This document shows positions 6,997-14,990 of a DNA stretch of 44,431 bases, one piece after another. Source of the stretch: a virus (taxonomy: Duplodnaviria; Caudoviricetes); IMG/VR virus record IMGVR_UViG_3300033153_002357, positions 1 through 44,431 of that record; one strand, given 5' to 3'. The translations under genes and the position numbers were made by a program. Below the pieces are notes generated by a model, which was not told the origin of the DNA, searched no databases, and was given only the letters and a program-made list of their open reading frames with translations. The first letter of the stretch is position 1; each line of letters begins with the position of its first letter.

Positions 6997-7150
6997 TTAA
7001 TTTCTCAACTTTCTCTTCTACTAAAACCTTAACAACTTGTGCCCTAGAAATTTTTATGTTCTTTGGTGCAAGATGCTTGGCTAACTTTCCAATTTTCTCA
7101 TAACAGTCATGATCGACTGCGAGACTTTTATATTTGCTTATGTCTGTCAT
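6959..7150 (-). CDS. Small putative DNA-binding protein (ribbon-helix-helix-like)
   Basis: YKSLAV strand followed by two helices (SRAQVVKVLV); first gene after a strong promoter; AAAGGA SD. Confidence 0.55.
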   Translation of the reverse strand: MTDISKYKSLAVDHDCYEKIGKLAKHLAPKNIKISRAQVVKVLVEEKVEKLNGKFSKRISKSD

Positions 7151-7186
7151 ATAGTATATCCTTTCTCTTATATATGATCATATAGG

Positions 7187-7215
7187 ATAATATATAAATT
7201 ATACAAGGTTGTCAA
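7187..7215 (-). promoter_or_regulatory. sigma70-type promoter TTGACA-N17-TATTAT, overlapped by the ATATAGGATAAT motif
   Basis: TGTCAA 7210-7215, ATAATA 7187-7192; motif at 7180-7191. Confidence 0.8.
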
Positions 7216-7463
7216 TGAAGTTTTTTTTAACAGTTTACATATGTTCTTTTGTAGCAAACCAGTGCATGGTGGCGCCTGGATATCCTAAACCCAAAATAGA
7301 CTATTATCACTGCATGAAAGATGGCTTGGGTGAATCATATGAAGTATTATTTGGTGGAGAATTTAGCGAGGATGATATCGTCGTCGCTCGGCTTTACCCA
7401 AAATGGGCATGCGATAAAGTGATTGTTCCTCCGAAGAAACCTGTAGAGAAAAATTCTTTATAG
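7215..7463 (+). CDS. Hypothetical Cys-containing protein (MKFFLTVYICSFVANQC...)
   Basis: ORF track; ATG 7215 preferred; hydrophobic N-terminus. Confidence 0.65.
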   Translation: MKFFLTVYICSFVANQCMVAPGYPKPKIDYYHCMKDGLGESYEVLFGGEFSEDDIVVARLYPKWACDKVIVPPKKPVEKNSL

Positions 7464-7545
7464 CCTTATACCACTTGTCTTTGTAGACAGGGTCTTTTGT
7501 TTTATTCCACATAATCGCTAGTTCATCTATTTCTTTCATTCTCAT
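7363..7545 (-). CDS. Small hypothetical protein (IDELAIMWNKTKDPVYKDKWYK)
   Basis: ORF track; GGGAG SD; convergent overlap with 7215-7463. Confidence 0.6.
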   Translation of the reverse strand: MRMKEIDELAIMWNKTKDPVYKDKWYKAIKNFSLQVSSEEQSLYRMPILGKAERRRYHPR

Positions 7546-7546
7546 T

Positions 7547-7672
7547 TTATCTCCCTTGTCGGTTGTATTTCTTTCTATGTCTCTTTTGAGATTTGTTAAG
7601 ACGTTTGGTATGACGCCCCGGTCGTTTACGAGGCTTTGGCCTCTCTACAAATGCTTTAAACTTTTTGGCCAT
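7547..7672 (-). CDS. Very basic 41-aa protein (MAKKFKAFVERPKPRKRPGRHTKRLNKSQKRHRKKYNRQGR)
   Basis: Hand translation; fills the gap in the minus-strand operon. Confidence 0.7.
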   Translation of the reverse strand: MAKKFKAFVERPKPRKRPGRHTKRLNKSQKRHRKKYNRQGR

Positions 7673-7883
7673 CTTTATATTGTTTCAACCATTCTTTATC
7701 TCTTTCAGACAATTCTAAATATCTAATGCTGCCATTGATATGTTGCCTGGTGTCTGATCCACAATTTGTGCATCTATAAAACTCTGTAACGATTGCAACC
7801 AATATTGCTTCTTGATCACAATGTTCACAATGTCCTGTAACTGTATCAATCTTGCTGAATAGTTTAAATGTTTTTATGGTCAT
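7656..7883 (-). CDS. Zinc-ribbon hypothetical protein
   Basis: CEHC...CTNC; start reassigned to ATG 7883 (ATGA overlap, GGAG SD). Confidence 0.75.
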   Translation of the reverse strand: MTIKTFKLFSKIDTVTGHCEHCDQEAILVAIVTEFYRCTNCGSDTRQHINGSIRYLELSERDKEWLKQYKDGQKV

Positions 7884-8428
7884 ATTTGAGCTCCGTATAT
7901 ATGTAGACATGCATTTCCTGACACGGTCACACAATAATCATTAGTTTCTTTTACCATATGTTCTAGAAAACTAGGAAAAATTATTATTTGTCCTTGTCTA
8001 CATTTTGGCTCATTATGTAATTCAAAAAAATTTGTTTTCTCCCAAAACACAGGTGGATAATAAGAAAGTAATGATTTGTCCGAAGGATTTACAAACACAG
8101 TTTTTCCCTCTTCAATTTGTTTATATATAATGAAAGAGAAGTGACTATTTGGATGCACATGTTTTTCTTGATAGTCTCTATTCTCATATCTGTTTTCCCA
8201 TATATTTAAAATTTTTATCTTACAAGGGCTTTGCACATCTTTTCTTATTAAATTATATATTATATTTAAAATATATTCTGAAGAATTATCTTCAAGAGTA
8301 TTTTGAAAATTAAACGAACTATTTGTTCGACATTCCCACGTCTTCTCGAAACCTTGATTAATTACTTTAACTTTATCAATGTCTATATTACCTATGTACA
8401 CAGGAATTGAAAACAAATTAAGTTTCAT
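7880..8428 (-). CDS. Putative 2OG-Fe(II) oxygenase (TIGR02466-like)
   Basis: LFSIPVY, W.N.Y, QEKHVHPNSHFSFIIY, IIIFPSFLEHMV, TVSGN. Confidence 0.8.
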   Translation of the reverse strand: MKLNLFSIPVYIGNIDIDKVKVINQGFEKTWECRTNSSFNFQNTLEDNSSEYILNIIYNLIRKDVQSPCKIKILNIWENRYENRDYQEKHVHPNSHFSFIIYKQIEEGKTVFVNPSDKSLLSYYPPVFWEKTNFFELHNEPKCRQGQIIIFPSFLEHMVKETNDYCVTVSGNACLHIYGAQI

Positions 8429-8434
8429 TTCTTT

Positions 8435-8911
8435 CTAAACTAAGTCTACGGCCCTTCCTATTATTGGTTTATATTTTGTTTTACCACCTTCTTTGTATGC
8501 TCTCATGTATTGGGCTCTTGGATTAAACTCAACGTATGATGCATGAATCCATCCAGAGTTTGGCTCACCAGGAGTGTAGAACTCCAAAATCAATTGATCT
8601 GTCGTGCAGTTCATCTTAACCCAATCAGCGACTTCAGCGTTGTCTACGCCAACACATTCGAAGTCTGCGGCCTCGGCTTTGGCATGCTGTGAATTTACAG
8701 AGCTGCCAATAGCTGCGCATAACTCACTGCTACGGAATCCGCTCGTTACCTTGACCCTGCCGAAGTGGTCACGTACGGGTTGTAAAATATTTTCACAAAG
8801 CAATCTTAATTTTTCTATTTGGTCTGCGTTTGGATTGTTATCAATATCCAACCTGATGGCTGTATCTGATTTAATCATCTCTTGAAGACTGAAGTTTCTA
8901 CTTAAATTCAT
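8435..8911 (-). CDS. Peptidase M15A family (probable endolysin)
   Basis: LSRNFSLQE, VTSGFRS, SQHAKAEAADF, WIH zinc-peptidase motifs. Confidence 0.9.
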   Translation of the reverse strand: MNLSRNFSLQEMIKSDTAIRLDIDNNPNADQIEKLRLLCENILQPVRDHFGRVKVTSGFRSSELCAAIGSSVNSQHAKAEAADFECVGVDNAEVADWVKMNCTTDQLILEFYTPGEPNSGWIHASYVEFNPRAQYMRAYKEGGKTKYKPIIGRAVDLV

Positions 8912-9576
8912 AATATCTTATCCATTACATATCTTTTTAAACTACTAAACTTTGTATCTGTGTACTCAGTTCTTTGTATCTTTTCAAAACTTAATTTAAT
9001 TTTGTTTTCACACATAGGGGTTAGTAGTAGCAAAGGATCTCCTTTTTTCAAGTATAGCTCATCTTGATCTTTTTTAATAGGTATAAAACAAGACATATAA
9101 AACTTGTAATCTTTATCTATTATACCAGGAAATACTACTCTTTTATTAAAATGATAAAGTGAATCACTGACTATAAAAGAAACATCACTGTGAACCTGTA
9201 CAGCTAACCACAGTTTTACAATAAATTTATAATCATGATTGCCGGCATACTTTACAAATGGATCATCATGAATTGTCAGCATCTCAGGTAAATTAGTTCC
9301 AGCTTTTTGTTTGTATATTTCATTGTCTTTAAACACTGCATAAACATCAAAAGGGCACGTCATCAACAAAGATCTTTTGTATAGGTTTACAAAACCTGGA
9401 CAACTTTTTATAGTTTTTGTGAAAGGTAAAAATTTTTTAACAACTGGATCAAAGAAGTTTTTATGCATGGTCCTGAAGTATCCAGGAAAATTATGCGGCA
9501 CAGTTTTGAAAATACTTTTTGCATCCTCTAAACTTAGATTGTCGTCATAACATATCTTTAATTTCTTTCTGAACAT
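8908..9576 (-). CDS. Hypothetical protein (possible dUTPase-like beta-clip fold)
   Basis: TIKSCPGF...TCPFD...PGIID...LKKGDPLL pattern; has its own promoter. Confidence 0.6.
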   Translation of the reverse strand: MFRKKLKICYDDNLSLEDAKSIFKTVPHNFPGYFRTMHKNFFDPVVKKFLPFTKTIKSCPGFVNLYKRSLLMTCPFDVYAVFKDNEIYKQKAGTNLPEMLTIHDDPFVKYAGNHDYKFIVKLWLAVQVHSDVSFIVSDSLYHFNKRVVFPGIIDKDYKFYMSCFIPIKKDQDELYLKKGDPLLLLTPMCENKIKLSFEKIQRTEYTDTKFSSLKRYVMDKIL

Positions 9577-9586
9577 TTTTTCTAGT

Positions 9587-9615
9587 ATAATATTTCTTTT
9601 TGTTTCTAATTACAA
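9587..9615 (-). promoter_or_regulatory. Putative promoter TTGTAA-N17-TATTAT
   Basis: TTACAA 9610-9615 and ATAATA 9587-9592; ATG 9576 follows almost immediately. Confidence 0.5.
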
Positions 9616-9653
9616 GTTGCTTGAAGCGTGGTGTACGCAGCTCTTTTGCATAT

Positions 9654-9878
9654 TTATTTGCTTTCGATAACGATTTTGTCGATTGTTTCGCTGCCATCTA
9701 TATTCTTAGAAATGTAAGCCTCTACTTCTCCACACATTAATTGTTTGTTAGCCATATCCATGTTTCTCTGAGCTTCTCTTTTCATCTTAAGACAAGTCCC
9801 CATCGACTCCTGGATACGGTGTTCTACCAATTGACCATTTAAAAATAAACAAAGTGCTATTACAAATTTAGTTGTCAT
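9654..9878 (-). CDS. Hypothetical protein
   Basis: ORF track; TAATG coupling. Confidence 0.75.
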   Translation of the reverse strand: MTTKFVIALCLFLNGQLVEHRIQESMGTCLKMKREAQRNMDMANKQLMCGEVEAYISKNIDGSETIDKIVIESK

Positions 9879-10261
9879 TAATGTGTTCCGTTCCCATTTC
9901 CAAATTTAATATCTCTTGTAGAGTCTTTTAGTTTTTCTATATCTGCTTTAAGTTTAGTAATTTCTTTTTCATGTGCTTTTAACATTACACCTGTGTGCAC
10001 ATTATCTTCTAATTGCTTTTGCATCTTCTCTATCTGGGTGGCCTGCCATTCCAAGATCATGAATTGCTCTTGATCTATGGGTTTTTGAACACTAGCCTCC
10101 AATAAATCTTTTTCAAATAATTGGTTCTTTGTCTCCAAACGGTTGAGCCTTTCAATCACTCCGAACGCGAACCACGCGCCGACGGCGACGGCAGCCACCA
10201 AAGAAATTAAGTTCCTTAGTGGCAAACCGATTGAAGTGTTGTCTGAAATTTTTACTGACAT
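9878..10261 (-). CDS. Membrane-anchored coiled-coil protein (lysis region; holin/spanin-like candidate)
   Basis: One TM segment (LISLVAAVAVGAWFAFGVI) followed by coiled coil; close to the M15 peptidase. Confidence 0.6.
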   Translation of the reverse strand: MSVKISDNTSIGLPLRNLISLVAAVAVGAWFAFGVIERLNRLETKNQLFEKDLLEASVQKPIDQEQFMILEWQATQIEKMQKQLEDNVHTGVMLKAHEKEITKLKADIEKLKDSTRDIKFGNGNGTH

Positions 10262-10344
10262 TATCTAGTCCAAAGCCATTCTACTAACTTTTTCCAAGGC
10301 CAGCAGATTATATTCCAAACCCATTTAACTATTTTTTTAGCCAT
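10261..10344 (-). CDS. Nested in-frame 27-aa Trp-rich cationic peptide
   Basis: GAGGAG SD (ctcctc 10351-10356) 6 nt before in-frame ATG 10344. Confidence 0.55.
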   Translation of the reverse strand: MAKKIVKWVWNIICWPWKKLVEWLWTR

Positions 10345-10518
10345 GTTGTTCTCCTCGTGTGTATGTGGAACATCTCCATTTTCATGTGCGTGAGTAACGC
10401 CATCATCATGAGTGTGCTCTACATAATCTTCTCCGTGAATGTGACCACAGTGAGGGCATTCCCTCTGCTTGTTGTAGTCAGCTACGAAAAAATTCATATC
10501 ACAATTTTCACATTTCAT
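10261..10518 (-). CDS. Zinc-ribbon plus His-rich protein with a C-terminal Trp-rich cationic segment
   Basis: CENC...CPHC, HTHDDGVTHAHENGDVPHTH, then MAKKIVKWVWNIICWPWKKLVEWLWTR. Confidence 0.7.
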   Translation of the reverse strand: MKCENCDMNFFVADYNKQRECPHCGHIHGEDYVEHTHDDGVTHAHENGDVPHTHEENNMAKKIVKWVWNIICWPWKKLVEWLWTR

Positions 10519-11162
10519 TTTTTCTTCTCCTCAATTTCGTAGAAGAATTTATCAGTGTCCTCTGTTCTCCATTGACGAGAGTCTTCTACGTTCCACTCAC
10601 TCGTCTGGACTTTCCAGTCAGGTATATCGTCTCTGACTGTAAAAGATGGTATGTCCCATATAATTCTGTTGTTTGGCTGTGCAGCATAATTGCCGTCGTC
10701 TAGTGCCAATATGTGAGCGCACTTATGTTCGTGCGGTATTTCTGAATGATCAGTGTCTATTATATTACTCTCTGGGTGAGCCCAGTCAATAGTAAAAAGA
10801 TACTTACCTGAATGCCATTTCTTATCTTTTCCAATGTATTTGCCGGCTTGGCCGTCTAAAATATCCCAAGAAGTAACAGCAGGGTAATAACTGAAAGAAT
10901 TCCAAAGCTGTAACTCATCAAGTCTTCGCTGGGGGACTTCGGATGGTTCAAATCCTCTTTGAATAAACGCGCTAATAGGCAGGCGATAGAATACTGCGCC
11001 GTTCTCCATAATAGCGTGAAATAATATAGGCCTACCCGTGATGCTTGACATACCAAAGATAACACAATCTTCAACTTCTCCATGATGTTTTTGTAAGTCA
11101 TAAAGATATTCCCTTCTAATTTGGGCATAGGTTACTGGTACGTTTGCATTTAGATAAGCCAT
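10515..11162 (-). CDS. Conserved-type phage hypothetical protein
   Basis: MAYLNAN...RREYLYD...EHKCAH...AAQPNNR; long clean ORF. Confidence 0.85.
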   Translation of the reverse strand: MAYLNANVPVTYAQIRREYLYDLQKHHGEVEDCVIFGMSSITGRPILFHAIMENGAVFYRLPISAFIQRGFEPSEVPQRRLDELQLWNSFSYYPAVTSWDILDGQAGKYIGKDKKWHSGKYLFTIDWAHPESNIIDTDHSEIPHEHKCAHILALDDGNYAAQPNNRIIWDIPSFTVRDDIPDWKVQTSEWNVEDSRQWRTEDTDKFFYEIEEKKK

Positions 11163-11164
11163 AA

Positions 11165-12682
11165 TCAGTCATAAAAATCTTGTTTGGAGAATATTTTACT
11201 AAGTTCTGGAAAATAAATAAAGTTAAAACTTTTATTTTTTTCATGCATTAAAACCTCTATTGCGTCATCAACACTGTTGACTAGAGGAAAGCCAGATAAA
11301 TTAAATGATGTATTAGCCAGGATAGGAACGCCTGTTATATTATAGAACTCTTCTATTAATTTATAGAAATGATAGTTTTGTTCTTTCTTTAACGTTTGAA
11401 TCCTACACGAATTATCTACATGCGTAATACCCGGAATATTATTTTTCTTAACCTGAAACACATAAGACATAAAGCTACTTTCATTTTTTGATTTTAAATC
11501 AAACCAGTCATGTCTATGTTCATGAAGCATGGTGCCTGCTGCAGGTCTAAACCATTCTCTATTCTTTAACACATTAAGTTTTTCTTTTGCAAAGCTATCT
11601 CTTGGATCATACAGGAAGGACCTGTTGCCTAGAGCTCTTCGACCTAGTTCGTTTCGTCCTTGATAGATAGCTACAATGTTTTTATTTGATATAAGTTTAG
11701 CAACGTCTTTGTGTTTGATTTGTTCTCCTCTGTTTGGAAGGATTGTATAGTTTGGAAAATCTCCAAGATATAAATCATTTAGTTTGTTTTTAGTTTTAGT
11801 ATGGAATAAAGCTGCACCCATCGATATACCAGCGTCATCACAGAAAGGATCTACGTACAGGTTTGGTGAGATGTCTAGTAACTTTGAATTAAGAACTGTG
11901 TTTTGAAATACGCCACCTGATACACATAGGTTTTTGTTTTTAAGATTTGAAACATACTTAGAGATAATATTTTCTAGTTCAGTTTGAATTGTATTACATA
12001 AAATTGCATCGTCCAATTTGGGTTTCTGTTCCAGTATTTTAAATACACTTTGCTGCACACTTTTAAAATGATTGAACTTAGTTGTGAATAAATTTATTGG
12101 ATAGGTTTCATCTGTGTAACTGGATAGACCCATAACAGATCCTTCTTCTTGCATACCTAATACATCTCTCACGTATGTATAAAAATTACCCAGGCTAAAT
12201 GTATTTATAAATATGTCTTTACCTTTTATGTATTCATCTTCAGATGCATACACTTGAAATACTTTTTTAAAACGTTGACCCTTAAAATAATATAGAGAAA
12301 TAAGCTCTGATTCTAGGTTATCATAATTAAAATAACCGCCATTACAATCTGCAACTAACACATAAGATTCTTTAAAACCTGAATTATAAAAAGCACAGCA
12401 CGCATGATAGAAGTGATGACCTGTTACATAATTAAATTTTGTATATTTAATACTAAAATCTTTAAATACTTGTTCTGGGTTTTGTTTATCTTCAGAAGAA
12501 GAATGTACAAAAATAATTTCATCAAAGTTATACCCACTATATTTGTGCAGCAGGGCCGACCAATTTGGGCTCTTCTTAACCTTATTTAATCTTTCTGCTT
12601 CTTGAAAGTATATTACTCTATTGTCTTTTATTTCACAAACAGATGCATTGTGTGAGTTTTGTATGGCTAAGACGTGAGCCAT
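11165..12682 (-). CDS. O-carbamoyltransferase (NodU/CmcH/TobZ family)
   Basis: SHNAS, EAERL, HHFYHA, GSVMGLSSY, SGGVFQN, DDAGISMGAA, RALGNRS, KNREWFRP, THVDNSCRIQT, NTSFN; start reassigned to ATG 12682 (TAATG overlap with the polA stop). Confidence 0.92.
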   Translation of the reverse strand: MAHVLAIQNSHNASVCEIKDNRVIYFQEAERLNKVKKSPNWSALLHKYSGYNFDEIIFVHSSSEDKQNPEQVFKDFSIKYTKFNYVTGHHFYHACCAFYNSGFKESYVLVADCNGGYFNYDNLESELISLYYFKGQRFKKVFQVYASEDEYIKGKDIFINTFSLGNFYTYVRDVLGMQEEGSVMGLSSYTDETYPINLFTTKFNHFKSVQQSVFKILEQKPKLDDAILCNTIQTELENIISKYVSNLKNKNLCVSGGVFQNTVLNSKLLDISPNLYVDPFCDDAGISMGAALFHTKTKNKLNDLYLGDFPNYTILPNRGEQIKHKDVAKLISNKNIVAIYQGRNELGRRALGNRSFLYDPRDSFAKEKLNVLKNREWFRPAAGTMLHEHRHDWFDLKSKNESSFMSYVFQVKKNNIPGITHVDNSCRIQTLKKEQNYHFYKLIEEFYNITGVPILANTSFNLSGFPLVNSVDDAIEVLMHEKNKSFNFIYFPELSKIFSKQDFYD

Positions 12683-14619
12683 TATTTGATAGAGCCCCAA
12701 TTAGGACCCGATTCATAATCTACTTTGTTTGGTATTTTTAAATCAACAGCTGATTCCATAATTTCTTTTATCTTCTCAGCTTGTTTATCGTCTTCAACAG
12801 ATAAATCTAATTCATCATGTATTTGTATGTGAGGCAGTATTCCTTCTTTGTATAAATCTAACATAGCTTTCTTTGTCATGTCAGCAGCAGAACCTTGAAT
12901 TAATTTGTTCAAAGCTTTGTATGTAAATGCTCTACGTGTAGGATTGTTGTGCCAGTAATTCTTTTTAGGATTACCATCTTTGTCTTTTAATAATTCGCCT
13001 TCATCATTTTTTAAATAAGGACCCATAGCTTGTAGATCTTCCATACGCTCTTGATCTTCTGCAGGTACATATTTACCCCAATCAGATCCACGTAATATAG
13101 GTTCGTATTTAGGGAATCTACAATGTCTACCAAGTAAAGTTTTAATCTGACCTTTGTCAGCAGCAGCTTTCATAACTTGATTCATTAGTTGTTTAACAAA
13201 TGGAACTTTGCTGTGATACTTATCAAACAATTCCTCTGCTTTAAATTTTGTAACTCCTAATTCAGCCTGAAGTTTTGCTTTACCCATACCATAAAACAAA
13301 CCTAGATTAATTACTTTAGCTTGTGATCTTGGTATTTCTGCCATCTCTGCAACTATCTTATGAAAGTCTGTTGAAGAGTCTGTGTCATAAGAATCTGCAA
13401 TTGTATTTACAGAAGGCAGGCTAAATCTTAATGCGTAGTGTGCGACAAGCCTTGGTTCCTGTTGCGAGTAGTCAAAGCAACCCCACTTGCAGCCATCCTC
13501 AGGTATAAATAAACTTCTAATTAAAGGCCCTGTGTGTGGATCCCTGGCTGGTATTTGCTGTAAGTTTGGGTTTTGATAAGAGAATCTACCTGTTACAGTG
13601 CCTCCATCATCTGATCTAATCTGATTTATTTCAGCATGAATTCTACCTTTATGCTCATGTTTCAGTATGGTATCTATGAAAGTTGTATTGACCTTGTTTA
13701 TTTTTCTTGCTTCCGCTATCTTTTGGATTATAGGGTGCTCATGACTAGAGAGGAAATTTTTTGTAAATGAAGGCTCGCCGGATTTCGCGGTACGCTCGTA
13801 AGGTAGGTTCAACTTTTCGAAAACTTTTTGAATCGACCGTGCTGCCCATATTTGAACATCTATTTGTGTTTCTTTTTGAATCTCTTGCAATAGCATTTGC
13901 TCTTGTGCAATTAATTTTTTCCGCAATTGGTGAGATGCTTCTGTATCCACTCGTACTCCTAAAAAACGCATGTCTACCAAACAAGGAAAAAGATCGGTCT
14001 CGAGATTAAATATATCTTCTAAGTCTTGTTCTATTAATAATTTCTTTACGTGCTGCCAAAGTTTATAAGTTAACTCTGCATCTTTCTCTGCATAGATTCC
14101 AACCTCCTGCGCAGGTAACTGCCACATATCTGCTTTTGCATCCAGCCCTCTTTCTTTTGCAGCTGCTAATAAAGCCTTTTCACTTTTGCCTTCATTTAAA
14201 AAATGCCAGGACAAAGTATTTAATGTGTATGAGAATCTGTTTTCGTCTAGGAGAGAACACGCTATCATTGTATCTACAATTAAACCATTTATTTTAAAAC
14301 CTAGACTACGTATCCAACAGACGTCGTACATTGCATTGTGAAATATTTTTGTAGCTGGACATTCTAAAATATCTTTAAACCATTCCAGGGTTCTCTTCCT
14401 ATCCATGTTAGGTCCTTCTTTATGTGCAATAGGAAAATACCATTTGTCATTATAGGTTGCCACTGCAATACCTACAACTTCACCATTACCAATAACTGCA
14501 CCAGAGCCTCTTGATTTTAAATCAGGGTCTCTGGTTTCTAAGTCGATCGCTATCTCGTCGTACGATCTAAGATCTGGATACTCTTTCGGTTGTACCCATT
14601 CCGTTTGTGGTGTTAACAT
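12682..14619 (-). CDS. polA: DNA polymerase family A with 3'-5' exonuclease domain
   Basis: IDLET, FHNAMYD, YAEKD exonuclease motifs; TGRFS, PNLQQIP, DYSQQEPR (motif A), RSQAKVINLGLFYG (motif B), IHDEL (motif C). Confidence 0.97.
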   Translation of the reverse strand: MLTPQTEWVQPKEYPDLRSYDEIAIDLETRDPDLKSRGSGAVIGNGEVVGIAVATYNDKWYFPIAHKEGPNMDRKRTLEWFKDILECPATKIFHNAMYDVCWIRSLGFKINGLIVDTMIACSLLDENRFSYTLNTLSWHFLNEGKSEKALLAAAKERGLDAKADMWQLPAQEVGIYAEKDAELTYKLWQHVKKLLIEQDLEDIFNLETDLFPCLVDMRFLGVRVDTEASHQLRKKLIAQEQMLLQEIQKETQIDVQIWAARSIQKVFEKLNLPYERTAKSGEPSFTKNFLSSHEHPIIQKIAEARKINKVNTTFIDTILKHEHKGRIHAEINQIRSDDGGTVTGRFSYQNPNLQQIPARDPHTGPLIRSLFIPEDGCKWGCFDYSQQEPRLVAHYALRFSLPSVNTIADSYDTDSSTDFHKIVAEMAEIPRSQAKVINLGLFYGMGKAKLQAELGVTKFKAEELFDKYHSKVPFVKQLMNQVMKAAADKGQIKTLLGRHCRFPKYEPILRGSDWGKYVPAEDQERMEDLQAMGPYLKNDEGELLKDKDGNPKKNYWHNNPTRRAFTYKALNKLIQGSAADMTKKAMLDLYKEGILPHIQIHDELDLSVEDDKQAEKIKEIMESAVDLKIPNKVDYESGPNWGSIK

Positions 14620-14749
14620 ATTTATACCTTTTGTTTTCTGACCTAACTTCTTTTGCTTGTTCTAAACACTCCATAGATTTTTCAAACATGCCTTGGTTCC
14701 ATAACCAACCTGCATGAATTTCTAAAATTTTATTTCTTCTTTTTTCCAT
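14567..14749 (-). CDS. Small hypothetical protein
   Basis: ORF track; bridges the DUF3310 gene and polA with overlaps. Confidence 0.55.
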   Translation of the reverse strand: MEKRRNKILEIHAGWLWNQGMFEKSMECLEQAKEVRSENKRYKYVNTTNGMGTTERVSRS

Positions 14750-14990
14750 TACCTATCTTTTTTAGATGTTGTATTTCTAAATCACAATAATGTTTTATTT
14801 TTTCTAAATCTTCTATTGCTTTACCTTTAGATAAATACCTGCAGACATATTTAATTACGTTTGCTTGCAGTGGATTAAGTTCATTGTCTCTTATAAAAGT
14901 CCAGGGTTGAATGAGAAACTGTTTGTAATGATTCCCCCCGACCTGCTTACCATCAGGAAATGTATCATCAAACATATCGTTACTTGTCAT
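14730..14990 (-). CDS. DUF3310 protein (T7 gp1.7-like putative nucleotide kinase)
   Basis: QVGGNHY...NVIKYVCRY..KG...EDLEK..HY. Confidence 0.85.
   Translation of the reverse strand: MTSNDMFDDTFPDGKQVGGNHYKQFLIQPWTFIRDNELNPLQANVIKYVCRYLSKGKAIEDLEKIKHYCDLEIQHLKKIGNGKKKK

Noticed and set aside
12682-14619. Intein in the DNA polymerase
   Set aside because: The insertion is short and lacks intein N-terminal C/S and C-terminal HN-C/S/T motifs
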